DNA of 63,200 nucleotides, the filler included, from Perkinsus chesapeaki ATCC PRA-425 (taxonomy: Eukaryota; Protista; Perkinsozoa): the NCBI GenBank assembly GCA_013115145.1. It is 6 parts of 6 records of this genome, joined end to end, with 100 filler letters (N's around TTAATTAATTAA, not from the genome) between each part and the next. Parts side by side here need not be neighbours in the genome. Positions count along the whole stretch, not along the records: positions 1 to 25,439 come from JAAPAO010000526.1; positions 25,540 to 46,607 come from JAAPAO010000605.1; 4 more parts are not named here. One strand, given 5' to 3'. This document shows, piece by piece, positions 14,177 to 27,270 of the stretch (positions are counted from its first letter, which is position 1; every line of letters begins with the position of its first letter). A program made the position numbers and the translations under genes. Below the pieces are notes generated by a model. That model did not search any database. It was not told the DNA's origin and was given only the letters and a program-made list of their open reading frames with translations.

Positions 14177-15449
14177 ATGATGCGCTCGGATGGTGCCCTT
14201 CTTCGTAGGAATTCTGATTTCGCGGCGGCCGAGAAGCTCGTTGAGGCAGATCAAGGGCGCACCATGGGGAAGTATTCGCAGGGTATCCTACAGTAAGTCA
14301 TTATCAATTACACGAACCTTATATTCTCCATTGTGCGCACCGTGCGTATGATATAGGGTTGATCCCTTAGGGATTCCGCCCTTTATCAATACGATCGCTT
14401 TTGGTGAAGTTTATATCAATGCATGAATATATCTCGGGATATGCGAATGCAAAAATAATAGTGAAAATGATAATGAAGGAGACGGTATTATCCATATGTA
14501 CATATACAGGGTCATACACGTATGTCACTATGACATGCGTAAGTCATACATTATACAATGTACAATTATAGGTCACTATTAGCGCTCGCCATTTCACTAG
14601 TGCTGATTAACGGTGCTAAATTAGGGTTGCTAATTATCTACTATTTGAAGTTTATCAGTGTCGTAAATGAGGCCAAGGAAACTGGAATAATTTCCTGTAT
14701 TTGCTTCCGGTATCTCACTCGTGCTCGTTTCAGAGGCTTCGAGGCCGACCTGAAAGCTTACGTCACTTCACAGCAAAATGCATCGCTTGCTCGATCGGAA
14801 TCGGCCAGGAAGCTGTCCGTTTTGACGGGAACTAAGAAACCTGCGGCGAAGAGCAAGGTTAGGCAAATGATGAAGGGCACTAAGGCTAGCACTGCTGCGC
14901 TGTTGAAGGCTGGAAAGGGTGGGAAGCCAGTTGTTATCAACAAAGGCACGTCGAAGGGTAAGCTTGTCTCTTTATGAGATTTCATTCTGTACGGTAACTA
15001 TTGACAACAAATTGTTGTACATCCCTAAATGAAATAGAAAGTTTTTTGATAGTCTGTTATATGTTATGAGCATATCTGACTCTATATATCTCATATCGAA
15101 ATTTATATATCATAGTCGGTGGTGGTATCTTCACTCTTTTGTTGCGGTTCTTCACTTTAGCTATTCGATTGTCTCATCGATTTGTATAGAAGATGTAGTT
15201 TTAAATGTTGATGAAAAAACCGACTGGAATTGTGTCAAGTCTTCGCGTCCGTACGAGCACCTGTAGTCGATGACATGCATACATTCCAGCACTCCTGCCA
15301 ATGTATCGTTATTAAGTTCATCCATTGAACCTGAATCGGGTTTAATGAACTCGCGGAAGTATTGCTTGGTCTTGGAGCTGCAAGATACCACTAGTGTTGA
15401 GCCTGAGGAAATTTCATTTTTGGAGAAAACATTTCCTATTATATTATGA
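14177..15449 (+). CDS. Hypothetical multi-exon protein with a Lys/Ala-rich exon
   Basis: Open segments bounded by splice-like signals (MMRSDGALL..., RARFRGFEADLKAY...KGTSKG); family not recognised. Confidence 0.3.
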
Positions 15450-15569
15450 TTAATATTAGTAGTATAATTATTCGTAGATATTTATTATATTATAATAATT
15501 AGAATTATGCTATAATCTTAGACCTTCTTGTATTACTAATACGGTATCAGGTATTGCCACATTGGGGGG

Positions 15570-18500
15570 CCCCAAGGGATCGAGCATCCGTAAAAGTATC
15601 CGAAAACGCGCCCACTAGAGAGCAGATGTTGGAGCATTTATCGAAAAGGCGGCAAACGTATCTTCACTTTTAATGGTGTTTGTTTGGTCAATTGGGCAAG
15701 TATTCTAACCGAGGGGACTTCGAATTCCAACTGCGGTTTGGTGGTTCTGTGAATTTTCCTCACTGTAGGAGAGTACGAGCGTGGTTACTTGTGGAGGAGA
15801 CAATTTACTTGATCTCTTACTTTTGCAGAGATGTCTAAGAGGATGTCAGCTAATCACAGGAAGTCATTGCCAATCCAGCAGGAGGCACCTGTGATTTCGG
15901 TGAAGAAGGCCTCGAATGAGCGTAAGGATTGGTTTGCTCGGGAATGACTGCACATTTAAATTCGAGAATGAAAGCATAATCTAATACACAGACCGACGGC
16001 CTGGCTGCAGGTCGAATCATTCGACATAAAGCCGTCTATGATAGATGTTATGATTTTATATATCTTAAAAATACTAAATTAAATTATAAGTATACACCTT
16101 GGTATATAAATTCAATAAGTATTAAATTATATATACCAGATATCATATACCTTACAAAGTGCAAATATTTCTACGCCAGAATCACTGCCTGTTGATATTG
16201 GGGAAGAGCGGCAATCGTACATCGGTCATAGCGTAGATTACTAATTAGGGCATTACTGAAAATGTTGTGATATACAAATATGTGACGAATCGGAGGTTGC
16301 TCCTTCCTACTGGGTAGGGTGCTGGAGTTGGAGGCAGATCGACGAGAAGTTACTGTGAAATTCACAATGGGTGATAGATGAATTAACAACTATACATAAC
16401 TTAAGCATTATCGCCGAAGATCCTTAACAAGCATAATGTCATAGAATGATATAACTATAATAAGCATTGCTTATAAGATGCTTGATCGATTATGAATCAT
16501 ATAATCAAGTGCCGATCCCTTGATTACTACCGATAGTATATCGGCAATAATCTTTATAATCGTATGAATTTGACTGTGAATAACTTTTGGCGGTAATATT
16601 TTAGTTCAGGATTTTGTGTGTTAGTGTCTCCCCGAGGTAGAAGCCACCAAAAGGAGATGAAGGACGTTCATGCAGCAAGAAGACGACTTAGCCAATTCAG
16701 TCGAACGATCGGGTATGTTTTGGTACGTGGGGGAAAATTCCTCAGAAAGTGTTTACGATAACCGATAGAGGAAATTACGATGAGTCCGAATTTATTGCTC
16801 GACCAGGGTCGTGAAAACATAATGCACGTGCGCTTTATCAATTTCAAAATGCACTTTATGGAAGATGATGAAACTCAGCTTCGTTTGATGGGTCATTCAG
16901 CCTGATTCTAGTGATTTCATCTTGGGTAACGATTCGCCCAAGCTGTATATTTCTCTCTGGTGATCTTATACGACCATGGCAAGCGCTTCCTGTATAAAAA
17001 GCTTGCTAAAAGATGTCATGTTCTTGTCTCCATTAGAAATCCAAGTAGCATGCTGGTATCCTGTCGCTCATCGAATAACGCATACCTACATTGGCGCTAC
17101 GAGGGAAATCAGCTTCCCAGTATTGCGGCGCAATATCTCCGCTGAACTTCCGCGGGGCTTGGGCTCGAGCACAATGGGCTACAGGGATCGCGGTTCCTTT
17201 CTATATTTCTCGCATTAATATTCGATGGCTTCTTGCCTGTAAAAAACATAGGTTTTTATGAGCTTACTTGTTGTAGAATTTCTCTGCTTTAAAATGTTAT
17301 GACAATCTCATGTCTCAGTTACGAGGCTGACGGCGCATTACTGAACAACCGCGCAGTTGATCTCGTCGGTGACGGCGAAAGTAATGCAGAATTCTCCACA
17401 CCGCGAAGCTTTTGTAGCGAACAGTTAGACTATATAATCTACCTTTCGGTTTCTCTAACGAGCAAACTGCACTGTGAGATGTAGTTATCATTCTGTACAT
17501 ATCACAACCAACCTTAACCACTCACTTTGAGGGTAACGGCTCCCATTGGGAGAGCATATGATGTTCCTCCTCGCTCTAAAAACGTATTTTCTATCAAATC
17601 TCCGGTGTTACCGCTGCCGAACATACTTCGATCTTCAGAGAACATAATTTCATAAGGCTGGATAATTCTCTACAATTTAAACGACGAATTTTCCCAATTT
17701 TTCCGAATTTTTTGGAGTTTTCTCGGCCCTTTTTCCATAAGACTAATTGAGCGCTCGGTCGATGTTAGCGTTTGTCCTCAGGTTCTTCAGTATCGGTTTC
17801 TCGAGACGCCATCGTGAGTGAATGTGCAGCTTACAGCAAGACTGGTAAGGTACCTGTGAATCCTAAGAAGGTTAATCAGGACTCTTATTGGATGGTCGAG
17901 GTGAGCTACTTCCGAGTTGTATCTGAACGAAGGGATGACTAGGACGTCACGTGTAGCTCCACATTCCATCCCAGGGAATAGGAAAGTGTCTCTGATGCGA
18001 AAATAGGAAATATGACCGTAAAGATGTCAGCAGCTTATGTTTCTCTGCGATTCGGTGGGTAGAAAGTGAGAGATCGGTACGGTTGGAAAATACATCGCTC
18101 ATGAGTAAGTGCGCGTTTTCGATGACGCGCACTAGGCTCACCGTGTTGTGCTGGTTCTGAAGTGCAAATTTGTATTCACCTGTCATCAGGGAATTGTGTG
18201 GGGAGTGTAGGGTTATCCCTTGTCTTTTCGAATAGAAGATATCCGAGTTTATTCCGAATCTCTTTGAAATTCTCCATGGAATAGAGAACGTTCCGAAACT
18301 TCATTTGTCATTCGTGTTTAGGAATTGAGTAAAGATCCGCGGTGTGCATTTTTTGGAGTTGCGGACGGCCACGGTGTTATTGGCCATGAAGTTAGTGGAA
18401 TGATCAGCCGGCGACTCCCCAAAGTTTTATCGAAAGAACTCGAAAGTTCGAAGTAAGAAAATCACAGTGGACGCTCGCGACATGGTTTGCAGCTCGGGAA

Positions 18501-20990
18501 ATACAAAGGCTTTAGAACGGGCGTTTAAGAAGGTTAATCACGAGGTGACGAACGCTAATATGGTGAGACGGCGCACTGGGCGTATTGGGGGTGGTGAGTG
18601 GTGTGATATTTTAATACAAATAGATAGCAAGGCTCTTTCTATCTGTTTATTTGAATATACTGTGTCGGCCCCATATTTTGCGTCTCTCTGAGAGATATGA
18701 GTGATTATATATACATTGTATTATACTGTATACATACAATGTATACAGTGTATATATACAGTATATGCTTCACACAACTTGCTTGTGTGTGCGTACACTT
18801 ACGGGGTCACGCACGCATGCGTCGCCCTGCTCTGATTCGAAGGATTGTTTAGATCTAAGGGTGTCGCAAGCACCGCTCCTCTATCGGGCAAAGATGGGAT
18901 ATATAACAGAAAAGGAAAGAAAAAAAGGTATATTATTCAGTAATGAAACTTATTATATGATATATGCACTTCTGTATATTGTGCCAACGCCTTAATTGGT
19001 AAGTTTTGTTTCATTTCCGAGATATCCGGGTTATTTGTCTATCCTCAAAGCTTGAACTTTAAACATCGCTGGGATGCAGAGGGGATTTTATACAGGAAAT
19101 ATCGCCACCAGAAACGGACTTTTGACATTTTCCTCTACACCATTATCGGTGAAGCATACAGCTTCTATTCAGTTTATGTATCGCAGAGTGCCATGGAACA
19201 ATTCATGGAATCTAAGTGTTAAATTCGATAAATTGCTCCAACGTGGACGGTGTTAAATTAACACCGTGGAATTCACGGCTTGTGAATGACGCTCGAAAAG
19301 GCCTTCACGTCTATCTTCAATACTGTGTACCATCATGGTATGATACCATTGGTATCCTCAATCATTTAAGTACTTAAGTTAAATGGGAACTCATTTCGCA
19401 TAAAGTCATTAATGAAATGGGATATGTTAAATGATTTAATTGAGATGAATCTATCCCATTACCGGACCGGGAATTCCGGTAGTTTCGAATGGATTTCCAG
19501 TGTGTACTATCTCAGGATGTTACTCTAAGTGGCAGCTCCTGCGTGTCAGTTCTCATCACACCTTCCAAGATGTAAGGCGAAAGAACGCAAATAGAATTTT
19601 CCACTGGTCGGTTCAGTTACTGTGCTAACGCTGGTGATTCGAGAGCAGTTTTGGGAAGACGATCCAATGGTGGGTATTGGGACGCAGTACCGCTATCGAT
19701 TGACCATAAACCTGATAGACCTGGTAAGTTACAGTGAGTCCGCTAGCCTCACGGGAATGTGTTCCTGGAGGGCCAAAAGTTATTGTTGATGCGAGCATGT
19801 AACTGAGGGAACATCGACGTTTGCAATTATGTCAACTTATGGGAATATTTGGTGTTCTTTTATTACCTTATTATTCATTTACCAGAGAAAGCAGTGGTCA
19901 ATTCCTCTCAGATGAGCTTAAAAGAATAGTAAACATGGGCGGTCGCGTTGAGCCATTTCGTATCGGCATTTTGGGGATATCCGTCGGCCCTAGTCGAGTA
20001 TGGTTGAAGAAACAAGTAAGCATTATCATACCAATATCTATGCAGCAGTGACTTAATTGCTTATATTATATAAGTATACAAGTATGTTACGTATACAAGC
20101 TATATACGTTTCGTTGATGGATGATTACTGCAGTTCACAGCTGCATCTGCGTGTTGAATTCATTACCGTTGTGGAAGACAGTTGTGTGACAAATTGATGC
20201 GTTAATTGGATTTGCGGTTTTTAGGATTTGCCGGGCCTTGCTATGTCTAGAGCATTTGGGGACACCATTGCAGCTAGTGTTGGCGTGACGGCTGACCCGG
20301 AAATAACTAATCATGTGTTGTTGAAAGAAGATAAGTTCATAGTAAGCCAAATACTCCCGGCGGGGGTCGAACCCACGACCTACGGCTCATAAGACCGTCG
20401 CTCTAACCACTGAGCTACAGGAGCTGTGATATTTTGTCTCTTAAAATCAGCTTTTATTTATATAATGATGTTATTATTAGGTGATTGCATCCGATGGTGT
20501 ATGGGACTTCATGACGAATGAAGAGGTCATCCGTCTAATTGCTAAGTACGCCTTCGATAAACGTTGGACCATTCACGTATAATTCAGACCGGTTCGTAAA
20601 CTCTTTCGTTTGATAGTTTCCCCAGGCTTGTCCATTCAATATATCAGATATTTTGAGCCGCAGGCTGCGTATTGTAATTAGCGATTTGTAACTTCACAAC
20701 CGCTGCTGATATTTTTCGCTCAAATACCTCAGGTTGAGCATTCTCTGTGTCCTCAAGCTTTCACACTGATAGGATTACTTCATTCTTCTTCCCGAAGCGA
20801 ATTACAGACACTTTAGGTATTACAACCAAGAGAGCTCTCGTAAAGCTGCGCGTGCCCTGGTTAAGGAGGCCTCTGAGCGTTGGCAAAGCAATGTAAGGGG
20901 TAAAGTGCGTTAATAAGGAGGGGTTCTCTTTAGGAAGAAGTAGTGGATGACATAACATGTGTTGTTGTTTTTCTTAGAGATAAACGTTGA
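15570..20990 (+). CDS. PP2C/PPM protein phosphatase with a long N-terminal extension; start uncertain
   Basis: Motifs in order across exons: FFGVADGHG..GHEVS, ELKRIVNMGGRV, GPSRVWL, DLPGLAMSRAFGD, KFIVIASDGVWDF, AARALVKEASERW, EEVVDDITCVVVFL-stop (20990). Confidence 0.9.
20108..20234 (+). repeat. ~127-bp segment (PP2C intron 3' end plus 10 nt of exon), copy 1
   Basis: Near-identical to 24735-24868. Confidence 0.9.
20352..20424 (-). tRNA. tRNA-Ile(UAU), antisense inside PP2C intron 20342-20480
   Basis: GCTCCTGTAGCTCAGTGGTTAGAGCGACGGTCTTATGAGCCGTAGGTCGTGGGTTCGACCCCCGCCGGGAGTA; full cloverleaf, anticodon TAT, no tRNA intron. Confidence 0.95.
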
Positions 20991-23900
20991 CGTTGGTGCA
21001 TGTCAAAATAAAGCACGCCCTGCCGTTTGTATTCTCTTTTATTGCGTTGAACGGAATGCCTTTTCCAGTTAATGGTACCCATAAATACTGCGGTTGGCAA
21101 AGGCAAACTGCCCCGTTTACTTGCCGAGCTGGGTTAATAAGTCGAATCTCATAATTTGAATTAATAAATTATCAGTCCACAAATTCAGACTTATGCTTAC
21201 ATAGACACACCAGGTCTCCTATTGGGAGACCATTGAGTGCCTCATTAAGATTATGTCGTGCGGTAGCATTCCTGTCAATATCTGCCCAAGTCTATTAGCC
21301 TACGGTAGGCTATGGTCCGTAACCTACGGTAGGCTATTCTGACGGTCCGTAGGAATGATTCCTACTAGGTCTTTCTAAGGAATCGGTCCCAGTCCGCTTC
21401 TTCAGCAGGTGGGCAGCTTCATCATCCTCACGGGCAACACCGGCACACACCGGCAAGACATCGGCAAGACATGCGTTAATGGCTTGACTGACAGAGTTGA
21501 TAGTCAGCTGTTGACTCACAGTTGTAGCTCCACGACAATGAGGTGGCCACACATGTTGCCCTGGAAATCAGGTACGCGTGAATATGAGGCTCGCTGATTC
21601 AGCGACGCTGGAAGCGATTAGATATGTTCTGATTTGCAAGTACTCGATACGGATTGAATGATTGTCAATCCTTGAATGATTCCTGATTGTGTGCCACGAC
21701 TCGTGGCCCACGAGAGAAGTGATGAGTGACGACGGCCTTCCTTCGAGTACTTTCCCCGGGAAACTGGAAGCTGTGGTGAAGGCGCTGAGGGCATTCTATA
21801 AAGATCGTATGTATCTGCAAACGACACAGCGAGATAAATACGGGAACCTTGGCTGCTATCTGCAGTCGAAGCTCGGACGGTTAACGGTGTGGCAGCAACG
21901 AGCAACCTTCCCACCCGCCGGATGGCCTTGAAGGCCAGGCCTTCCGAACTCACTAAGTGAGTCTCACTTTCTTCATAAGGGAGAGCATGTGTGCTTTCGA
22001 TGACGACTTGGACTAGACTATGGTGCTGCGCACAAGCGAGCGCGAAGTTAAGAATTGCACGGATGATAATAATAACAACACTCAAGGGAGGTCTCAGACC
22101 CCGGGAATATGGTTGAATACAACGGCCTTGCCACGTATTGCCTAGAAACAGGAATCTTTTCAAAGATGATTGGCGTAAATTGATTAATTTGAATATGATA
22201 TCCTCACCCGCTACCCTGTATCACAACCTCCCCATATTGTGCTAGCTCCATTCCTACAAACATGAGTACCAATTCGAGGGATACGGTAAGGCTGAATGAA
22301 CCTCGTACGTTACTGTTTATCAACGTAGGTACCTGTTACGCATGCTTCCCGTTCCTTGATGCGCCCATTCCTACACAGTCAGGCGAATATGAGGACCAGT
22401 TTGGGTGCGACGGTGAGGGCATTAGCCTCAAACTTATCCGTAACTCGTTCTCTAGGTACCCACGCCTCGGTCTTCCCATACTTTGCTGCGTCCACCCCAG
22501 CAAAGTCAGACAAGCGCGAGGACCAGCTCAGATGATGTGGTAAGGCAACCAGGCTGGACTTCATCCGCTATCTTTTTTCAGGAGCCACACTATTCCCACG
22601 CTGTGCCGCGTCCACTCCCATAGCGTCCACCGCCACAACCTCAAACAAGCACAAGGGCTAGTGATGTGAACCACATCATGTGGTAACTTACCACTGGTAA
22701 GACCACTAGTCTGTCAGTTGAGTTTTGTCTGGAATGCCTTCCTAGGTATACCCGGGCGTTGGCCGAGTTCCAGTACTGGAGAGATCCCCAGCACCATGCT
22801 GGCAGCACGTGGCACATTGGGCACTGCTTTGGTTACAGACTTGGTTCTAGTCCCTCCTCCGGAAGATCACGAAGCGCGGCATGCAATTGATACCCGGAGT
22901 GGGAGTAGCGTATTACCCGTTGGCACGGTCCGTGCCAAATGCGATTTGTATGTCAATCTTCCTGATATGGATGTCAGTGACTTAAGAACATTTTGTTTTT
23001 TATCCCTCACAGACTGTGAGGGATAAAAGACAAAGTGTTCTTGGCACTGTGAGTCACAGTGCGTAATGATTGAGGCAACTCAGGCCTCAGAGATTGATGA
23101 AAAACAATTGAGTAGTCTTCAGTTACCCTGCTGGAGATGGCAAAGGGTGGTTTGTATTGTTTTGGACCACCACACAAACCGCCTTTAGAGTCCAAGGCCT
23201 TCACTTTTATGGTGAGCACTTTGTTGGATGCCTACACAGAAAAGAAGAGAAGACCTATGGACAGATTGTCCAGGACAGTATGTTGGTACCAATTCCAATG
23301 GTTAGCCGAACATCCACTTACAGGACGTAATTTTATTACCGTAAAAACATTCAAAGGCAGAGCTTGTCTCTCGGGTTCCAAGGCTATTCGTAGGCAACAC
23401 AATGACAGGTGCATTGGAACATTTTCCTGGAGCATTCACATTTACCATTCATAGCTTCACATTCGTCACAGTAGGATTTTAACCGTAGCGGACAATTCCA
23501 GAGCCTGCTGGCCAGACAGGAAGTGGAGGCAATGGCGATGATGGTAAGCTGGATGATGCGCATATTTGGCTGAGCAAAATGAGAACTAAGTCTGGAGTGG
23601 CATGAAGCTCGACACGTTCGACCGGTATAACTCGGCAGGGAGCTCGACAGTTACAGAACAAATTAAACGGCATTTATGAGTCGAAAGTGTTGAATCAACA
23701 CCAGAATATCATCCTGAGAGTGAACGCACGCGTGACGTGACCGTGGCAGTGTATATGCGTATGTCTCCGACGAACAGGCGTACTAAAGTTTCTCAGCGTG
23801 CCTTCGGCCCGCTTATCCTGCTCATGTTCACTTGGATCCAAATCATAACACTGAGGTGATACCTTAAAGGTGTGCATCATTTGTCGTATCGTGTTGCGGT

Positions 23901-24734
23901 GGTTCCTCCGTAGTGGTAATAAGTGGACGCTTCTCCTAGGTGTAGCGATGTTGCATGTATCTGTTGTATTTCTAAGGCCCTTGGATAAAATAGGATCATC
24001 TTGCCGGACTCCCCGATGAGGGCCCTCGTCAGGCACGAGTCATACTGTTATACGACGGGTACCACAATGGCAAAGAACGCTCCTGAAATATCACAATCAG
24101 TAGACGGCGGAGCAGACATGAAAAGCTTCCGCTAACGAGCGAAAGCCCGTGTGTGCCGTAAAGGGCGTATAATATTTCATTTCTCCGTTCGATTATCAAG
24201 TGCACCGATGATACTGGTCCGATATCTACCTCACCTTGCGTACCACAATCAGTGTACCTTCAATATGCTGTAAGCGATACTGATCTGAGGATGTGGTGAC
24301 GTACTCAATTCTACAGGATGTTGTATAGGGTATTACCAACGTCTAGCAACGTACAGGGCTGTCTCTGGGACTGTATAGGACTCTATACTGTGGGAGTCCT
24401 ACAATAGAACTGTATAGGACTTCATAGAATTGTATAGAGACTGTATAATTGTACTGTGTATTGTATATAATATATACTGACAGTATAATACAACCCTCCC
24501 CAATGAATTAGAATATTTCGTTTTTTAACGATATCTCGCCTGCTATTGAGTGTACGACCATGAAATTTTGTAGCATAGTACTAGAACACACAGCAAGGAA
24601 GAATATGTGAATCGATCAACTAGCCCCTCTGGCTCAAGTTAAGGCTTAATATGTCAGACAACCAAATTGACACAAGTCACTGCGACTGAGTGACTATTAC
24701 AAGTCACTGAGTGAGTTGATTACATACGAGCTTG

Positions 24735-24868
24735 GTTTCGTTGATGGATGATTACTGCAGACTGCAGTTCACAACTGCATCTGCGTGTTGAATTCATTAC
24801 CGTTGTGGAAGACAGTTGTGTGATTTGTTGATACGTTAATTGGATTTGTGGTTTTTAGGATTTGCCGG
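24735..24868 (+). repeat. Orphan copy 2 of the PP2C intron/exon junction
   Basis: Aligns to 20108-20234, with a 7-nt tandem duplication (ACTGCAG) and a few substitutions. Confidence 0.9.
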
Positions 24869-25195
24869 AATTTCGCCGATAAAGTCATCAATTTCGCGAA
24901 TAAGGATCACATTTTCGCGGTCCGCGAATCGCAGATAAGGAAATTATCGTGGATCGTCCTTCTCAATTTCGAGCCGTACTTTCAAATACACAAAATATCT
25001 TCGGAGTGCTAAAAATTGCACAATGTGCGAAGCCGCCTCACTGAAGCATAGCGCAACTATGCACCAACCTTCCAGAAACGATTTTAATGGTTTACTGCAG
25101 CTACTCGGCATGCCATGAACAATATGATATATAGACATATATTATTCCGTGCAAAGACATATGGATCATATGATTTTTATCTCAGTTTCTAGTCA

Positions 25196-25267
25196 GCCGC
25201 TTTAGCTTAGTGGTAGAGCGTCTGCTTCGTAAGCAGAAGGTCGTCAGCTCAATCCTGGCAATTGGCT
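25196..25267 (+). tRNA. tRNA-Thr(CGU), probably damaged
   Basis: 4 differences from the UGU copy, including T-loop GCTCAAT (instead of GTTCAAT) and an acceptor-stem mismatch. Confidence 0.7.
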
Positions 25268-25366
25268 AGCCCCTTATTACCGGTCAATACAATTGAAAAT
25301 GGACAAGCCACGTAGGTTACTCAGTCCTATACAGGTATGGGTGGTTTTCATCTTGTTTTATTTTCA

Positions 25367-25438
25367 GCCACTTTAGCTTAGTGGTAGAGCGTCTGCTTTG
25401 TAAGCAGAAGGTCGTCAGTTCAATCCTGGCAAGTGGCT
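25367..25438 (+). tRNA. tRNA-Thr(UGU)
   Basis: Complete cloverleaf, anticodon arm TCTGC-TTTGTAA-GCAGA; contig ends immediately after. Confidence 0.93.
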
Positions 25439-25439
25439 A

Positions 25440-25539
25440 NNNNNNNNNNNNNNNNNNNNNNNNNNNNNNNNNNNNNNNNNNNNTTAATTAATTAANNNNN
25501 NNNNNNNNNNNNNNNNNNNNNNNNNNNNNNNNNNNNNNN
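25440..25539. other. Assembly linker (44 N + TTAATTAATTAA + 44 N)
   Basis: Identical 100-bp structure occurs five times; the 12-mer gives stops in all six frames. Confidence 0.98.
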
Positions 25540-25894
25540 TATTTATCTTCGAGACACTCTTCCAGATTTTTACCAAAACTCACCTGAAAATTGAAATCCT
25601 CAACGAACCGATTAACTTTATTTTTTACATTTTTTAGTTTTATGAATCCTCCAGTATTCGGATAATTTGTTGTAAAATATTCAATACCATCAAAGCTTCC
25701 ATCATGTCGTCTTTTCACATCAATCTTATCAAATTCAATTCTAATAATTTAATTTATTATTTAAATGTTATATTATTTTACCCAATTCTATCATCATTAT
25801 GATTTGGTAATTTACCAAACCATTTTATCGTTCCTTTTTCATTTGTTGATTTAACAATAATTCGTCGACCAATTAAATCAACAGAAGAAGACAT
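25540..25894 (-). CDS. TBCE: Tubulin-specific chaperone E-like, N-terminal CAP-Gly domain, truncated by the contig end
   Basis: MSSSVDLIGRRIIVK..KGTIKWFGKL..RIG / IEFDK..RRHDGSFDGIEYFTT.YPNTGGFIK..SFGKNLEECLEDK matches the TBCE-type CAP-Gly start; one AT-rich intron. Confidence 0.7.
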
Positions 25895-26185
25895 TATTCA
25901 ATTAACTACATTAATAACATTATCATCACTGAATCGAAAAGATATTATCGTGCGCATGCGTGCAATTTTCATACCGCTCACGCTTCTAATCGCTCGAAAT
26001 GCGTCTCTGAGTTTCCAATCAGATAGAGTTGTTTATTAATGATATTACCAATTCGACCAAAGTCACCACGCACCTTCCCCAATAGTAATAAGCGTATCTT
26101 TAGGTCAACTTGATCACCCCTGTAGATATACCGCTAACAGAGAGACCTTCACGTTGGCAGCTGCCAAGAGTATCTTTAGGTCGAC

Positions 26186-27270
26186 ATGAAGCCGCGTATA
26201 ACTATAGGGATAGATATGACCCCAATATAACAGGTGAAACGAGATGTTATAGTGGGAAAAATAATTCCTCTTCATGAGTAGGTAAAAATAATAGAAGGAA
26301 TAGTTTGGAAAAAACAAGGGAAATTTGTTAAGTACATTCATATTAAAATTGCTGAGGGCAGCTTTGTTTAGGAATCCAATTTCGAATGATAATTATTGAA
26401 ACCTGGCCGACTAGTAGATATGATATTTTGATAAAACTAATATTTCTTTAGGATGCGAATACGTAGGGATTTATTTCAGGAACGTCTCTGCATTATCGCG
26501 GAAAAGTTTTCGATGTTGATGAAGATATCAGACAAGTCTGGCCACCTAGAGGGGAAAGATATTCCCTTGTTACCTCGGATATAGAGGGAGCTACACCGAG
26601 GCCATGGAAGGGTATCTTAGCTTCAAGCGAGGATGATACATATTAGGTTGAGATGAGCTAATAGGTCCGGCGAGGAAGAGTGGTCTTTGCTCACCAAGAC
26701 GGCTTCGAGGAAGGAAATCTGATGCTAGCAGTTCTTGTAGTCGAAGTAATAGGGTGCATGTCTTATGTTGTTTTTACATAGTAATGGAAAAAGACTTCTA
26801 AAGATTAGGCTCCATTTTATTAGCTTTTATTTGCAACATGCATAACATCACGACATTGACAACACTTTGGAGACCCTTACTCGTACTTCGCTTCATCTGG
26901 TTGATTGTGCCGGTTGATATAGCGTTGAACACTACAAGCTTAAATTCATGCTGGCGAGCTGTTTCTAAATGAAATTCCCTCCTAATTAAATTAAACATCT
27001 CTTCAACCTTTATTCTACTAAATGTTATAATAATACCGTTATTCTACTATATCTTATAATGATAGCATCATTTCGTCTGTAGGTACCAAAAGCTCAGACA
27101 CTTCATCAGAATGTCGTATTAGTTATTATAATCCACAGTTAACTCTACATGGTAGGAAGTTATTAGAAGATAGCGGTCGATATGAACCGGGAGAATATAT
27201 AAGGATTGGAAAAAAAGGTTATAGGAGGGGATGGTCGGCATGGGAGAATAACCGTTTGAGGGGCTACTAG
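26186..27270 (+). CDS. Hypothetical multi-exon protein
   Basis: Short open exons with GT-AG borders, ending ...GWSAWENNRLRGY-stop; family not recognised. Confidence 0.3.

Noticed and set aside
25484-25495. TTAATTAATTAA repeated five times as a biological motif
   Set aside because: Always centred in a 100-bp N block; it is an artificial contig linker, so synteny across it is meaningless.
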